Position numbers and translations under genes: made by a program. Positions 1-10,184 of a stretch of 64,000 bases of DNA are shown here, one piece after another (position 1 is the first letter of the stretch; each line of letters starts with the position of its first letter). The stretch is taken from contig CAVQUB010000006.1 in NCBI GenBank assembly GCA_963716725.1, positions 1-64,000 of the forward strand. Direction: 5' to 3'. Origin of the DNA: an uncultured delta proteobacterium (lineage in GTDB: Bacteria; Myxococcota_A; Polyangia; Polyangiales; Polyangiaceae). The notes below the pieces were generated by a model. It had not been told where the DNA came from and did not search any database. It saw nothing but the letters and a program-made list of their open reading frames with translations.

Positions 1-1050
1 CACGACGGCCAAGCACGAGATCCTGCGACGGTATCTCGCGGCTTGGTTCCCGATCCTCGGCACCCACCACGGCCGCATCGTCTACATCGACGGCTTCGCG
101 GGACCGGGCCGGTACAAGAAGCGGCGAGCCTGGGCTCGCCGACTGATCGCGCTCGACGTTGCCGTCAACCATCGCAAGTCGACTCACCGGCGAGATCGTG
201 TTCTGGTTCATCGAGGAGCGCGACGACCGGCTCGCGCACCTGAAGCAGGAACTCGCCGCGGTTCGCGTGCCGGCGCATTTCAAGGTGACCGCGGAGTCCG
301 GGACGCTTCCACGAGAAGTTCGGCGAGGTGCTCGACTCGATCGAGGCAGACAAGAACGCGCTCGCGCCGACGTTCGCGTTCATCGATCCGTTCGGCTTCT
401 CGGGGATCCCGTTCTCGCTTGATCGAGCGGCTTCTGAGCCACAAGCGCTGCGAGGTGTTCATCACGTTCATGGTGGACGCCATCAACCGATTCCTCGAGC
501 ACCCCGAGGACAAGGTGGTCCAGCACATCGTGGATGCCTTTGGTGGCGACGAGGCCGTCAAGATCGCGAAGGGCACCGGCGATCGCATCGTAAAGCTGCG
601 CGAGCTGTACCAGTCGAAGCTCTCGAGCGTGGCCAAGTACGTGCGCTTCTTCGAGATGCGCGACCGACAGGATCGAACGCAGTACTACCTGTTCTTCGCG
701 ACGAACAGCGAGCTGGGCCACCTCAAGATGAAGGAGGCGATGTGGAAGGTGGACCCGGACGGCGACTTCAGATTCTCCGACGCGACGAACCCCGACCAGC
801 TGGTGCTCTTCGAGGCCGATCCCACCAAGGTTCTCGCCGCGCAGGTCCGCGAGCGAGTTCCGCGCGAAGGGCACGGTCACCGGGTTCCAGGTCCGGACTT
901 CGTCGAGAACCGAGACGGCGTACCTCAAGAAGCACATGACGGGCTGCACTGAAGCAGGAGGAGGAGAGCGGGCACCTCAAGGTCGAACGAGATCAAGACG
1001 GACGGGAAGAAGCGTCGCGCAAACACCTTCCCTGACGAGAGCGAGGCTGA
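1..1050 (+). CDS. tcmP: Three-Cys-motif partner protein (TcmP family, methyltransferase-like); 5'-partial, several frameshifts
   Basis: Frame from base 1 reads [34 protein letters not shown]; later fragments [16 protein letters not shown] and [25 protein letters not shown] are typical of the family. Lies directly upstream of DUF5131. Confidence 0.85.
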
Positions 1051-1051
1051 C

Positions 1052-1821
1052 ATGGGCCTGAAGTCAGCGATCGAGTGGACCGAGTCGACGTGGAACCCGG
1101 TCACGGGCTGCACGAAGATCAGCCCGGGCTGCAAGCACTGCTACGCCGAGCGCATGGCCGAGCGGCTCCAGGCGATGGGCCAGCCGAACTACGCGCAACG
1201 GCTTCGAGCTGACGCTGCAGCCGCACATGCTGGAGCTGCCGCTGCGGCTGGAAGAAGCCGCAGACGATCTTCGTGAACTCGATGAGCGACCTGTTCCACG
1301 AGGACGTGCCGCTCGAGTTCATCCAGCGCGTCTTCGACGTGATGCGCCGGGCGCACTGGCACCGCTTCCAGGTGCTGACGAAGCGCGCCGAGCGCCTGGC
1401 CGAGCTCAGCCCGCGAGCTCGACTGGCCGCCGAACATCTGGATGGGCGTCAGCGTCGAGAACGACGACTACCGGTCGCGCATCGACGACCTGCGCGCGAC
1501 CGGCGCGCAGGTCAAGTTCCTCTCGCTCGAGCCGCTGCTCGGGCCGCTGCCCGACCTCGACCTGCGCGGCATCGACTGGGTGATCGTCGGCGGCGAGTCC
1601 GGGCCCGGCGCGCGGCCGATGGACGCCGCGTGGGTCGACGGACATCCGCGACCAGTGCCGCGAGCGCAGGCGTGCCGTTCTTCTTCAAGCAGTGGGGCGG
1701 CACGAACAAGAAGCAGGCGGGCCGAGTGCTCGACGGCCGAACGTGGGACGAGATGCCGCCGGCGCCAACCACGGTCGTGCCCGCGAAGCATTCGACGGGC
1801 AGGTCTCGCTCGCCGTGGTGA
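1052..1821 (+). CDS. DUF5131 (phage Gp37/Gp68-like, three-Cys radical-SAM-like) protein; frameshifted
   Basis: [29 protein letters not shown] (Cx6Cx2C), [36 protein letters not shown] and FFFKQWGG are spread over three frames. Confidence 0.9.
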
Positions 1822-1840
1822 CGTAGCCATGCGGCCGGAG

Positions 1841-1881
1841 CTGTTAACCGGCCCCTCTCGCCCGGCCCGACCTGTTAACCG
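1841..1881. repeat. Two 10-bp direct repeats CTGTTAACCG, 31 bp apart
   Basis: Copies at 1841-1850 and 1872-1881. Confidence 0.7.
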
Positions 1882-2040
1882 CTCTCTGCCGCTCTCGACC
1901 CGCGGGCACCTTCAGAGAGCACGATCGCGCCCCCGAGAGCCCGCCGTCGCGCGCGTCCGCGTTCTCAGGATCGCGCTCCGCGACCACGCCGCGAACGTCG
2001 CCCTCGCGCAGAACCCCGCGAACACTGGCGCTTTCAAGAC

Positions 2041-2070
2041 GAAGCCCCGCGAGTTGCCTCGCGGGGCCTC
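2041..2070 (-). terminator. Hairpin terminator downstream of tRNA-Asn
   Basis: Minus strand GCCCCGCGAG-GCAA-CTCGCGGGGC followed by TTCGTCTT. Confidence 0.65.
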
Positions 2071-2112
2071 CGTTAACTGCGCCACCACCTTCGGTTGGTG
2101 GTGGAAGAAGAA

Positions 2113-2188
2113 TGGCTCCAGCTCCTGGACTCGAACCAGGGACCCGGCGGTTAACAGCCGCCTGCTCTACCGACTGAGCTAAGCTGGA
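2113..2188 (-). tRNA. tRNA-Asn (GTT)
   Basis: 76-nt cloverleaf: acceptor stem TCCAGCT/AGCTGGA, anticodon arm GGCGG-CTGTTAA-CCGCC, T loop TTCGAGT, encoded CCA. Confidence 0.97.
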
Positions 2189-2199
2189 ATGGGGCCGCT

Positions 2200-2227
2200 A
2201 GCCTATTCAGGACGGCTTCACCGTCAA
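2200..2227 (-). promoter_or_regulatory. Sigma70-like promoter of tRNA-Asn
   Basis: TTGACG-N16-TAGGCT, with the -10 element about 11 nt upstream of the tRNA 5' end. Confidence 0.55.
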
Positions 2228-2234
2228 GCTGGAA

Positions 2235-3749
2235 CTACGGGCACTTGGAATAGCGGGCCAGAACCAGGTTCGCGCCGCTGCCGTAGACCCAACCCGCATC
2301 TCCGTTCGGGTAGGCGACGAAGTCGTCCTTCGCCCGGAAGGCACTGGTGACCGTGACCGGAGCGCCCACCGGGGCGCCCGAGTTGATGTCGAGCTCCTGA
2401 AGCGTTCGCGTGGTGCCGCTGCGCCACGCCGCGAGCAGGCGACCGTTGAACGCGACCAGGTGCGCCGAGTCGTCATCGACGGTGTTGCTCGTGAGCCAGA
2501 CCTTGGTGCTCGCGGTGCCCGTGCTGTCGAGCTTCGCCACGGCGATGTCTTTGTTGGGGCGGCCTTGAGGAGAGACGTAGCTCACCCAGAAGCCGCCGCT
2601 CACCGGCACGAAGCCGCCCAGCGCGGCGCCGCTCGTGCCCGAGCAGTTGCCCGTGGGCTCGTCCGAGATGATCTTGCTGTTGCTCCAGAGGATGGCTTTC
2701 TGGGAGTAGCAATCGGACAGGCACACCGGGCCGACCACGCTGCCGCTCTGGGCGAGGCGAACATCGAGGCTGTGACTGCATCCCCAGCTCCAGCCGCCGG
2801 CCGCCGCGCTGCCCGACAAATCGAGCTTCCGCAGCGTGTCACCGGTGTGGGCGATGTTGTCGGGCCAGCGCCGATAGATCGGGAAGTAGGCCGTGTAGCC
2901 CGCGCCGTTGAAGAGCAGTCGTCCGCCGTCGGCGAAGAACCCGCCGAAGGCGTACCACTCGCATCCGACCACGTTGTGATCGCAGCCGCCGGTCAGCGTC
3001 TTGTCGGCTGCCACGGCGCCGGCTGTGGAGAGCTTCACGAACACCAAGTGATCGGGGTTGCGCGCGACCAAGAGCCCGTAGCCGTCGCTCGACGCGGTGA
3101 AGCCGTGCACGTGCAGTCCGGGCACGCTGAAGTCCGCTCCGAGCTTGGTGCCCGCAGCGTTGACGCGGGTCACGTACACGTTGCCCGCGTTCGCCCACGC
3201 AATCGCGGTGTCGCCGCTCGGCATCACGGCCCCGTACATCGGCGTGCTGCCGGGTGATCCGGCGCCGGCGATGGTCTTCTCCGTCAGGCCGCCCGTGCAC
3301 GTTCCTCCGGTCCCGCCGGTCCCTCCGCTGCCGCCGGTTGCGCCACCCGCGCCACCCGCGCCGCCGGTTGCGCCACCCGCGCCGCCGCTCGCGCCACCCG
3401 TGCCTCCGCTCGCGCCACCGCTGCCACCGCTCGCGCCACCGCTGCCACCGCTCGCGCCACCGCTGCCACCGGATCCCGCGCCCCCGACCCCCGCGGCCCC
3501 GCCGTTCGGCGCGCCACCGAGCGATCCGCCCGACCCGCCCGCGCCGCCGCTGCCACCGCTCGCGCCGCCGCTGCCGCCGCTCGCGCCGCCGCTGCCACCG
3601 CTCGACGCATCGCTCGCGCCGCCGCTGCCGCCGCTTGCCGATGCGCCGCCGGTGCCGTCGAAGCCGACGTCGTCGTAGCCGAGGATGCTGCTGCACGCCC
3701 CCGCCAGCACCACCGCCGAGATCCCGACGAAGCGTGGTGCTCCCAGCAT
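2235..3749 (-). CDS. Secreted lipoprotein with Gly/Ser/Ala-rich linker and Cys-containing beta-rich C-terminal domain
   Basis: Lipobox VVLAGAC, about 130 aa of GGSGGAS repeats, then a globular domain with HTGD, WGCSHS and CLSDC. Confidence 0.75.
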   Translation of the reverse strand: MLGAPRFVGISAVVLAGACSSILGYDDVGFDGTGGASASGGSGGASDASSGGSGGASGGSGGASGGSGGAGGSGGSLGGAPNGGAAGVGGAGSGGSGGASGGSGGASGGSGGASGGTGGASGGAGGATGGAGGAGGATGGSGGTGGTGGTCTGGLTEKTIAGAGSPGSTPMYGAVMPSGDTAIAWANAGNVYVTRVNAAGTKLGADFSVPGLHVHGFTASSDGYGLLVARNPDHLVFVKLSTAGAVAADKTLTGGCDHNVVGCEWYAFGGFFADGGRLLFNGAGYTAYFPIYRRWPDNIAHTGDTLRKLDLSGSAAAGGWSWGCSHSLDVRLAQSGSVVGPVCLSDCYSQKAILWSNSKIISDEPTGNCSGTSGAALGGFVPVSGGFWVSYVSPQGRPNKDIAVAKLDSTGTASTKVWLTSNTVDDDSAHLVAFNGRLLAAWRSGTTRTLQELDINSGAPVGAPVTVTSAFRAKDDFVAYPNGDAGWVYGSGANLVLARYSKCP

Positions 3750-3825
3750 GGGTCGATGGTCGCTCCGACGGACGGTGCTGTCACGAGAATTGACGGCACC
3801 CCGCGCACCAGGCGACAAGGCCCCG

Positions 3826-5416
3826 GTGACGACGACGACCGAGAGCCCCGAACCGCCGACCACGCCGACCGCCAAGGCGACGGCGGACGTCGCGCGCACC
3901 GCGGGACGCGGCGGACTCGCCGTGGCGTTTGCCAAGGTCTATTTCATCTTGGTAGGTCTCGTGCAGCAGGTGATTCTGCCACGCGTGCTCGGCCTCGACG
4001 GCTACGGCGCGCTGTCGAGCGTTCTCAGCATCGCGAGCATCGCCTACAACCCCATCGTCTCGACCAGCATCCAAGGCGTGAGCCGCGCCGTCGCGCAGTC
4101 TCCGGACACCGAACAGCCGCAAGCCATCCGCCGCACGCTGGGCATCCACGCTCTGCTCGCGCTTCCGCTCGGCCTCGGCTTCTTCTTGTTGGCGCGGCCC
4201 ATCGGCGAATTGGCGGGAGCACCGCACCTGGTCGGCGCGCTGCGCATCATCAGCGGGGTGGTGGTCTTCTATAGCCTCTACACACCCTTCATCGGCGTGC
4301 TGAATGGACAGAAGCGGTTCCTGTGGCAAGCGGGGCTCGACATGCTGTACGCCACCATCCGCACCGCGGCCTTGGTGGGCGGAGCGCTGGTGCTCGCGGC
4401 GCCCTTCGGCGGCAAGGTCTCGGGCTCGGTTGGCGGCTTCGTCGGCGCCTCGGCCCTCATTTCCGTGATCGCACTCGCGCTTGTCGGCATCGGCAAGCGG
4501 GGCGCCGGCGGGCCGACGACCGCGCAGCACCTGTCGTTCATTGCGCCGCTGCTCTTCGGACAGATCCTGCTGAACCTGCTGCTCCAAGCCGACCTCACGC
4601 TGCTGCGCGCCTTCGCGGCGGAATCGGCGAAGGTGGCGGGCCTCGGGCCAGAGGCCGCCGATCCGCTGGTCGGCGCCTATCGCGCGACGCAGCTGTTCTG
4701 CTTCTTGCCGTATCAGCTGCTGCTCGCGGTCACCTTCATCTTGTTTCCGATGCTCGCCACCGCGCACCGCGACGGCGATCGCGACGCGGTGAAACGTTAC
4801 GTGAGCGCCGGGGTACGCCTCGCGCTCGTGCTGATGGGCCTGATGGTCAGTGTCACCTCCGGACTCTCGGGTCCCCTGACTGCGCCTGGTGTTCCCAGCC
4901 GAGGCCGCAGAACTCGGCGCGCGGTCGATGCAACTGCTCAGTCTCGGCTTCGGGGCCTTTGCCGTGTTCGGTATCTTGACCACCGCACTCAACAGCCTGA
5001 AGCGCGAGGTGGCGAGCATGGCCATCACCGCCGTCGCCTTCAGCTTGGTGGTCGTGCTGTGTTTCTTGCGCGTGCGCGGGACGGACTTCGGCGCGGAGTT
5101 GCTCTGGCACACTGCCACCGCGACCACCAGCGGGCTGGCGCTCGCGACGCTGGGCGCGGGCGTGCTGCTGCATCGTACCGCCGGCACCGTCGCACCCGCG
5201 GCGACCATCCTGCGCGTGCTCGTCGCCATGGCGCTCACCATCACGGTGGGCCGCTTCCTCCCCCACCCCGGCAAGCTGATGACGCTGGTCTACTCCGCAG
5301 GCCTCGGGGTGATCTACGTGGTGCTGCTCCTGATCACCCGAGAGCTCGGGAGCGCGGATCTCGCAACGGTCAAGGCCGTGCTCGCGCGCAAGGCACGGCC
5401 CGCCCCAGCGAAGTAG
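3826..5416 (+). CDS. MOP-superfamily oligosaccharide/lipid II flippase (Wzx/MurJ-like); frameshift near 4885
   Basis: RGGLAVAFAKVYF..PRVLGLDGYG, VGAYRA and ILFPMLA motifs; about 12-14 TM segments across two frames. Confidence 0.8.
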
Positions 5417-5450
5417 GCACGGCGCTCGAATCCGCCAGGAAGAGCCCCGA

Positions 5451-6398
5451 TCAGTCGGCGGCGATTCGCGTTTCGTCGATGGCTTCCCGCACGAACAGAT
5501 CCTCCAGGGTCTCGTGCCGTGGCGCCACCTCGATCACCGTCGATTTTGCGTCGAGGGCGCTGCGCAGCAGGTCGCCGATGCGCGCTTCGCCTTCGACCTC
5601 CACGATCAGCCGATCGGCGGTGCGGCGACAGCGGTGGCCGAGCTCGGTCGCGTGGGTTTCGAAGGCTTCGTCCGCGCCGAGCAAGACGATGTCTGTACGC
5701 TTCACGTCGCTCTTCAAGAGCGCCGCGAGGCGCCCGCTCACCACCACGCTGCCCTGCCGCAGAATGGTCACGTGATCGCAAAGCGTCTCGACGTCGCTCA
5801 AGATGTGCGTCGAGAAGAAGATGGTGCGCCCCTTGTCGCGCTCCTCGAAGATCAGATCGCGCACCTCTTTTCGACCGACGGGATCGAGGCCGCTCATGGG
5901 CTCATCGAGGATCAGGAGCTCGGGATCGGCGACCAGCGCCGCGGCCAGCCCGGTGCGCTGCAACATGCCCTTCGACAAGCGACGCACCGGACGATCGGCC
6001 GCGTACCAGATGCCCACCTGCTCGAGCACGGTGCGGGCGCGGGCGCGGACCTGCTTGCCAGTGAGCCCCGAGAGGCGTCCGCACATCTCGACGAACTCAA
6101 TCGGAGTCAGGTAGGGGTAAACGTAAGGGTTCTCCGGCATGAACCCGACTCGCTCCATCGCCTTGGCGCTCGGGATCGGGTGCCCGAAGATGGTCGCCGA
6201 GCCGGACGTCGGCGCGATCAGGCCGGCGAGCATCTTGATGGTCGTGGTCTTGCCGGCACCGTTGGGCCCGAGGAAGCCGAAGATGTCGCCCTGACGCACC
6301 TCGAAGCTCACCGCTTTGACGGCCTCGACCCGCCGGCGCATGAAGCCCTGCCGAAAGACCTTCCTGAGGTCGCGGACTCCGATCAGAACATCCGGCAC
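5451..6398 (-). CDS. ABC transporter ATP-binding protein
   Basis: Walker [10 protein letters not shown], signature LSKGM, Walker B LILDEP, H-loop STH. Confidence 0.93.
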   Translation of the reverse strand: MPDVLIGVRDLRKVFRQGFMRRRVEAVKAVSFEVRQGDIFGFLGPNGAGKTTTIKMLAGLIAPTSGSATIFGHPIPSAKAMERVGFMPENPYVYPYLTPIEFVEMCGRLSGLTGKQVRARARTVLEQVGIWYAADRPVRRLSKGMLQRTGLAAALVADPELLILDEPMSGLDPVGRKEVRDLIFEERDKGRTIFFSTHILSDVETLCDHVTILRQGSVVVSGRLAALLKSDVKRTDIVLLGADEAFETHATELGHRCRRTADRLIVEVEGEARIGDLLRSALDAKSTVIEVAPRHETLEDLFVREAIDETRIAAD

Positions 6399-6636
6399 GA
6401 CTCGGAGAGGATATCCCGACCCGCAGGACTTATCCAACTAGCTAGATTCCAAGGGGAAATCTCCTAGCGACGGGACGGATTCGACGGCACCGCCGACAAA
6501 CGCCCTTCGGGCGGGAGGGAGCCGAGCGAAATCGCGCATTTCGACCACGCGACAAAGGGTGATAAAACCCGGGCCGTCCGTGGTGCAACGCGTGCAAACG
6601 GGCATGTTCAGCCACGCGGCTCTTGAACGAGGGATC

Positions 6637-9040
6637 ATGAAAAGCTCCGGTCTTGCCTCTCTCTCCCTACTTGGTTCGCTCACCTTGGCCTCCGCCGTCT
6701 TCGCGCAGGAGCCGCTGCCGCCTCCGCCCGGTCAGCCGGGAATGGAGCCCGCTCCGGCACCCGGCGCTCCAGCACCCGGCGCTCCAGCACCCGGCGCTCC
6801 AGCAGCGCAGCCCGGCTGGGGTGCACCCCCTGCGGGCGGGGCACCCGCCGGCGATCCGAACGCAGCCGGCGCGAGCGGCAACGCGAGTTGGTCGCTCGGT
6901 GGCGGTCTTCAAACCGGTGGTGACGCGCCAGCCGGCGGCGGGGAGATGGATCCCGAGACCGAGCGCCAGTGGCGGCGCACGTCGCTGATGATCCAGAACA
7001 ACCTCGCTGGGTCGACGGGATTGCTGCACACGTCGAACGCTGGCTCCGGTGCGCCGGGCACGCTGCGCGTCGGGCTTCATCACCAGCTACTTCGCTGGCT
7101 CGGGCTTCCTCTGTGCAGGCGGCAAGTGCAACTACAACACAGCCACCAACCCCGCCGGAAAGAACGACGACGAGGTCACGCGTATCGGCGCGCACCTCAG
7201 CATGAACGCGACGCTCTTGCCCTTCCTCGAGGCCTACGCGGGCTTCCACGCCTCGGCGACCGAGAACGACCAGAGCCGCCCCCGTCTGCTCCAGGTGCTG
7301 GGAGACACCAATATCGGTCTCAAGGGCTTCCTGCCTTATCAACCCGACTCGATCTTCTCGGTCGGCGGTGAGCTCCAACTCTGGCTGCTCAACGGCACCG
7401 GCGGCGTCGGCCTCGACGGCTCGGGCACGAGCTACGCGATACGTGGCTTGGCGAGCGCGGATTTGAACAACCGCACCAACCCCGACGACCGGGTGCCGCT
7501 GCGCTTCAACATGAACATCGGCTACATGTTCGACAAATCCGGGGAGCTCGTGGTCGATACCGAGAAGGCGCGCAACGACCAGCGAATCACTCGCATCGAG
7601 CGCTACGGCCTCGACATCAACCGCGTAGACAACTTCCAGATCGGTCTCGGCGTCGAGGGCATGTTCGACTACGTGCGCCCCTTCGCCGAGTGGACCATCG
7701 ACGTGCCGATGAACCGGCAAGACTACGTCTGCAATGAGAGCCGGAAAGAAGTCGGCGACGGCTGTCTCGGCACCGACGCGGGCTTCTCGAGCTCGCCGTC
7801 GCGCGTCACGCTCGGCGCGAGGGCTTACCCGGGCATCGATGGGCTCAGCCTCTTGGCAGCCTTCGACATCGGCACGGGCGCCACCTCCAACTTCATCCAA
7901 GAGGTCGCTCCGGAATCCCCGTGGACGCTGTATCTCGGGCTGGGCTGGGCGGCGGACACCAAGAAGGAGCCGCCGATCGTCAAAGAGGTGCAGGTCGACA
8001 AGCCTGCCGCCGCGCCGGTCGCCGCGGACCGCTACGTCGCGGGCTCGGTGGTCGAGAAGGGCACCAACGCCCCGGTGGCCAATGCCATCATCCGCTTCGA
8101 CGGCCGCAACCTCACGGGCATGGTGGCGGGCGATGACGGCGCGTTCCGCACCATCGATCTGGATCCCGGCACCTACACCTTCACGGTCAAGGCCGACGGC
8201 TATCGCGACGGGCAGTGCCAAGCGACCATCCCGGCCGCGGGTGGCTTCGCTTCGGCTGGCCCACCCGGCTACACGGCCCCGGCTTACCCCGGCGCTCCTG
8301 GAGCAGCACCCATGGGCCCAGGCGGTCCCGGCATGGCGCCGGCGCCGGCGGGCAATCAGCCCACCATCGTCAACATGACGTGTGAGCTCGAGGCGCTGCC
8401 CAAGGTCGGCAACATCGTCGGCGGCTTGGTGGACGGGGAGAGCAACCAGCCGATCTCCACCGCCAGCGTGAAGATCACCGACAAGCTGAACCGAGAGCTC
8501 GAGCTGTCGGCCGACGCTTCGGGCGCCTTCCGCTTCGAGAATGTGCCCCCGGGCGCGGCCAAGATCACGGTCACGGCCCAGGGCTACTTCGTCAGCGTGA
8601 CCGAGCTCGAGGTCAAACCCCAGGAGGACCTCAGGGCCACCATCTCGCTGAACAAGCGACCCAAGACGCCGAACGTCACGGTCGCGGCCAACGAGGTGAA
8701 GCTCAAGAAGCAGGTCCACTTCGCCCACGACGCCGCAACCATCGAGCCCGACTCCCACGCGCTGCTCGAGGAGCTCGCCGACGTGCTCAAGAACCGCGCC
8801 GAGATCTCCAAGCTGGAGATCCAGGGGCACACCGACAACACGGGCTCCCCGGTGTACAACCAGCGACTCAGCCAGCAGCGCGCCGACGCGGTGCGCGACG
8901 CTCTGATGAAGCTCGGCATCGACGGCAGCCGCATGGAGTCCAAGGGCTATGGCCAGGACAAGCCGTTGGTCCCCAACGTCTCCCCAGCCAACCGATCGCG
9001 TAACCGCCGCGTGCAGCTGATCATCAAGCAGAAGAACTGA
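6637..9040 (+). CDS. OmpA-family outer-membrane protein (signal peptide, Pro-rich linker, probable beta-barrel, two carboxypeptidase-regulatory-like domains, OmpA_C); frameshift near 7070
   Basis: C-terminal IQGHTDNTG..YNQRLSQQRADAV..GYG..NRRVQ. Confidence 0.88.
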
Positions 9041-9063
9041 GTTCTGCGCAGCGCTCGCAGCGC

Positions 9064-9098
9064 AACGCCCGCGTCGCAAGATGCGGGCGTTTTCATTT
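9064..9098 (+). terminator. Rho-independent terminator after the OmpA-family gene
   Basis: AACGCCCGCGTC-GCAA-GATGCGGGCGTT followed by TTCATTT. Confidence 0.75.
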
Positions 9099-9160
9099 GC
9101 GCGGAGCGCGGGCGTTTTCATTCGCGCGGGATGCAGGCGTTTTCATTTGCGCGGAGCGCG
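9081..9160. repeat. Three 25-bp tandem copies of the terminator 3' arm
   Basis: GC(G/A)GGCGTTTTCATT(TG/CG)CGCGG repeated three times. Confidence 0.8.
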
Positions 9161-9211
9161 CAGCGCTGGGCATGGACCGACGCCGCGACCACTGCGATCC
9201 GGCCCCTCCCC

Positions 9212-9465
9212 CCCGCTCCGGCGTGGCGCTTGGCGCCCACAGCGACATCCACCACGTCGCAGCCCGCTCCGGCGTGGCGCTTGGCGCCCACAGCGACATC
9301 CACCACGTCGCAGCCCGCTCCGGCGTGGCGCTTGGCGCCCACAGCGACATCCACCACGTCGCAGCCCGCTCCGGCGTGGCGCTTGGCGCCCACAGCGACA
9401 TCCACCACGTCGCAGCCCGCTCCGGCGTGGCGCTTGGCGCCCACAGCGACATCCACCACGTCGCA
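9212..9465. repeat. Five perfect 51-bp tandem repeats
   Basis: Unit CCCGCTCCGGCGTGGCGCTTGGCGCCCACAGCGACATCCACCACGTCGCAG at 9212, 9263, 9314, 9365 and 9416. Confidence 0.95.
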
Positions 9466-9476
9466 ACCCGTCCGTG

Positions 9477-9700
9477 TCAGGCGTCGACGTCAGGATCGGG
9501 GTCGGGGGTCGGGGTCGGGGTCAGGGTCAGGGTCAGGGTCGGGGTCGGGGTCGGGGTCAGGGTCGGGGTCAGGGTCAGGGTCGGGGTCGGCGTCGGGGTC
9601 GGGGCCAGGGCCAGGGCCAGGGTCGGGGTCAGGCGTCGACGTCGGGGTCGGGGTCGGGGTCAGGCGTCGACGTCCGGGTCGGGGTCAGGGTCAGGGTCGG
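9477..9700 (+). repeat. G-rich hexamer tract (GGGGTC/AGGGTC)n punctuated by TCAGGCGTCGACGTC
   Basis: More than 25 hexamer units seen directly. Confidence 0.9.
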
Positions 9701-9731
9701 CGTCATGCGTCGGCGTCATGCGTCATCGGCG

Positions 9732-10184
9732 TCATGCGTCATCGTCGGCTTCGGCGTTCGCGTCGGCTTCGGCGTTCGCGTCGGCTTCGGCGTTCGCGTC
9801 GGCGTCGGAGGGTCGGCGTTCGCCCTCGATCTCGTGGAGCAGCTCGTCCACCCGCCGCACGTTGTCGTGACCCCGATCGTATTCGAAGCGCAGTTCCGGG
9901 AGCTTGCGCAGATCGAGGCGGGGCCCAAGGCCACGCTTGAGCCGGCTCGAAGCCTGCGACAGCGCGCCCAGCAGGGACTTCTCCAGAGCCTTCTGCCGTT
10001 TCGGATCGCCCTCTCCCACCAGCGATCGCACTGCGAGCGTCGCGACGGACAGGTCGTCACTCACCCGGACGTCGGTGACGACGACCGTGGCGAGGCGCTG
10101 GTCCCCGAGCTCCCGCAGCAACTCGGTCAGGTGCATGCGCAGGAGGCCCGCGACGCGCTCGGAGCGACGACCGGGCCGGCTCAT
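9732..10184 (-). CDS. rbfA: Ribosome-binding factor A
   Basis: RSERVAGLLR..VVVTDVRVSDDLSVA..LRKLPELRFEYD; last gene of the infB operon. Confidence 0.9.
   Translation of the reverse strand: MSRPGRRSERVAGLLRMHLTELLRELGDQRLATVVVTDVRVSDDLSVATLAVRSLVGEGDPKRQKALEKSLLGALSQASSRLKRGLGPRLDLRKLPELRFEYDRGHDNVRRVDELLHEIEGERRPSDADANAEADANAEADANAEADDDA

Noticed and set aside
3310..3660. 21-bp GC-rich tandem repeats as a non-coding array
   Set aside because: They encode the GGSGGAS linker of a lipoprotein, which is common in myxobacteria.
9212..9465. CRISPR array
   Set aside because: Units are identical end to end with no unique spacers, and there are no cas genes in the window.
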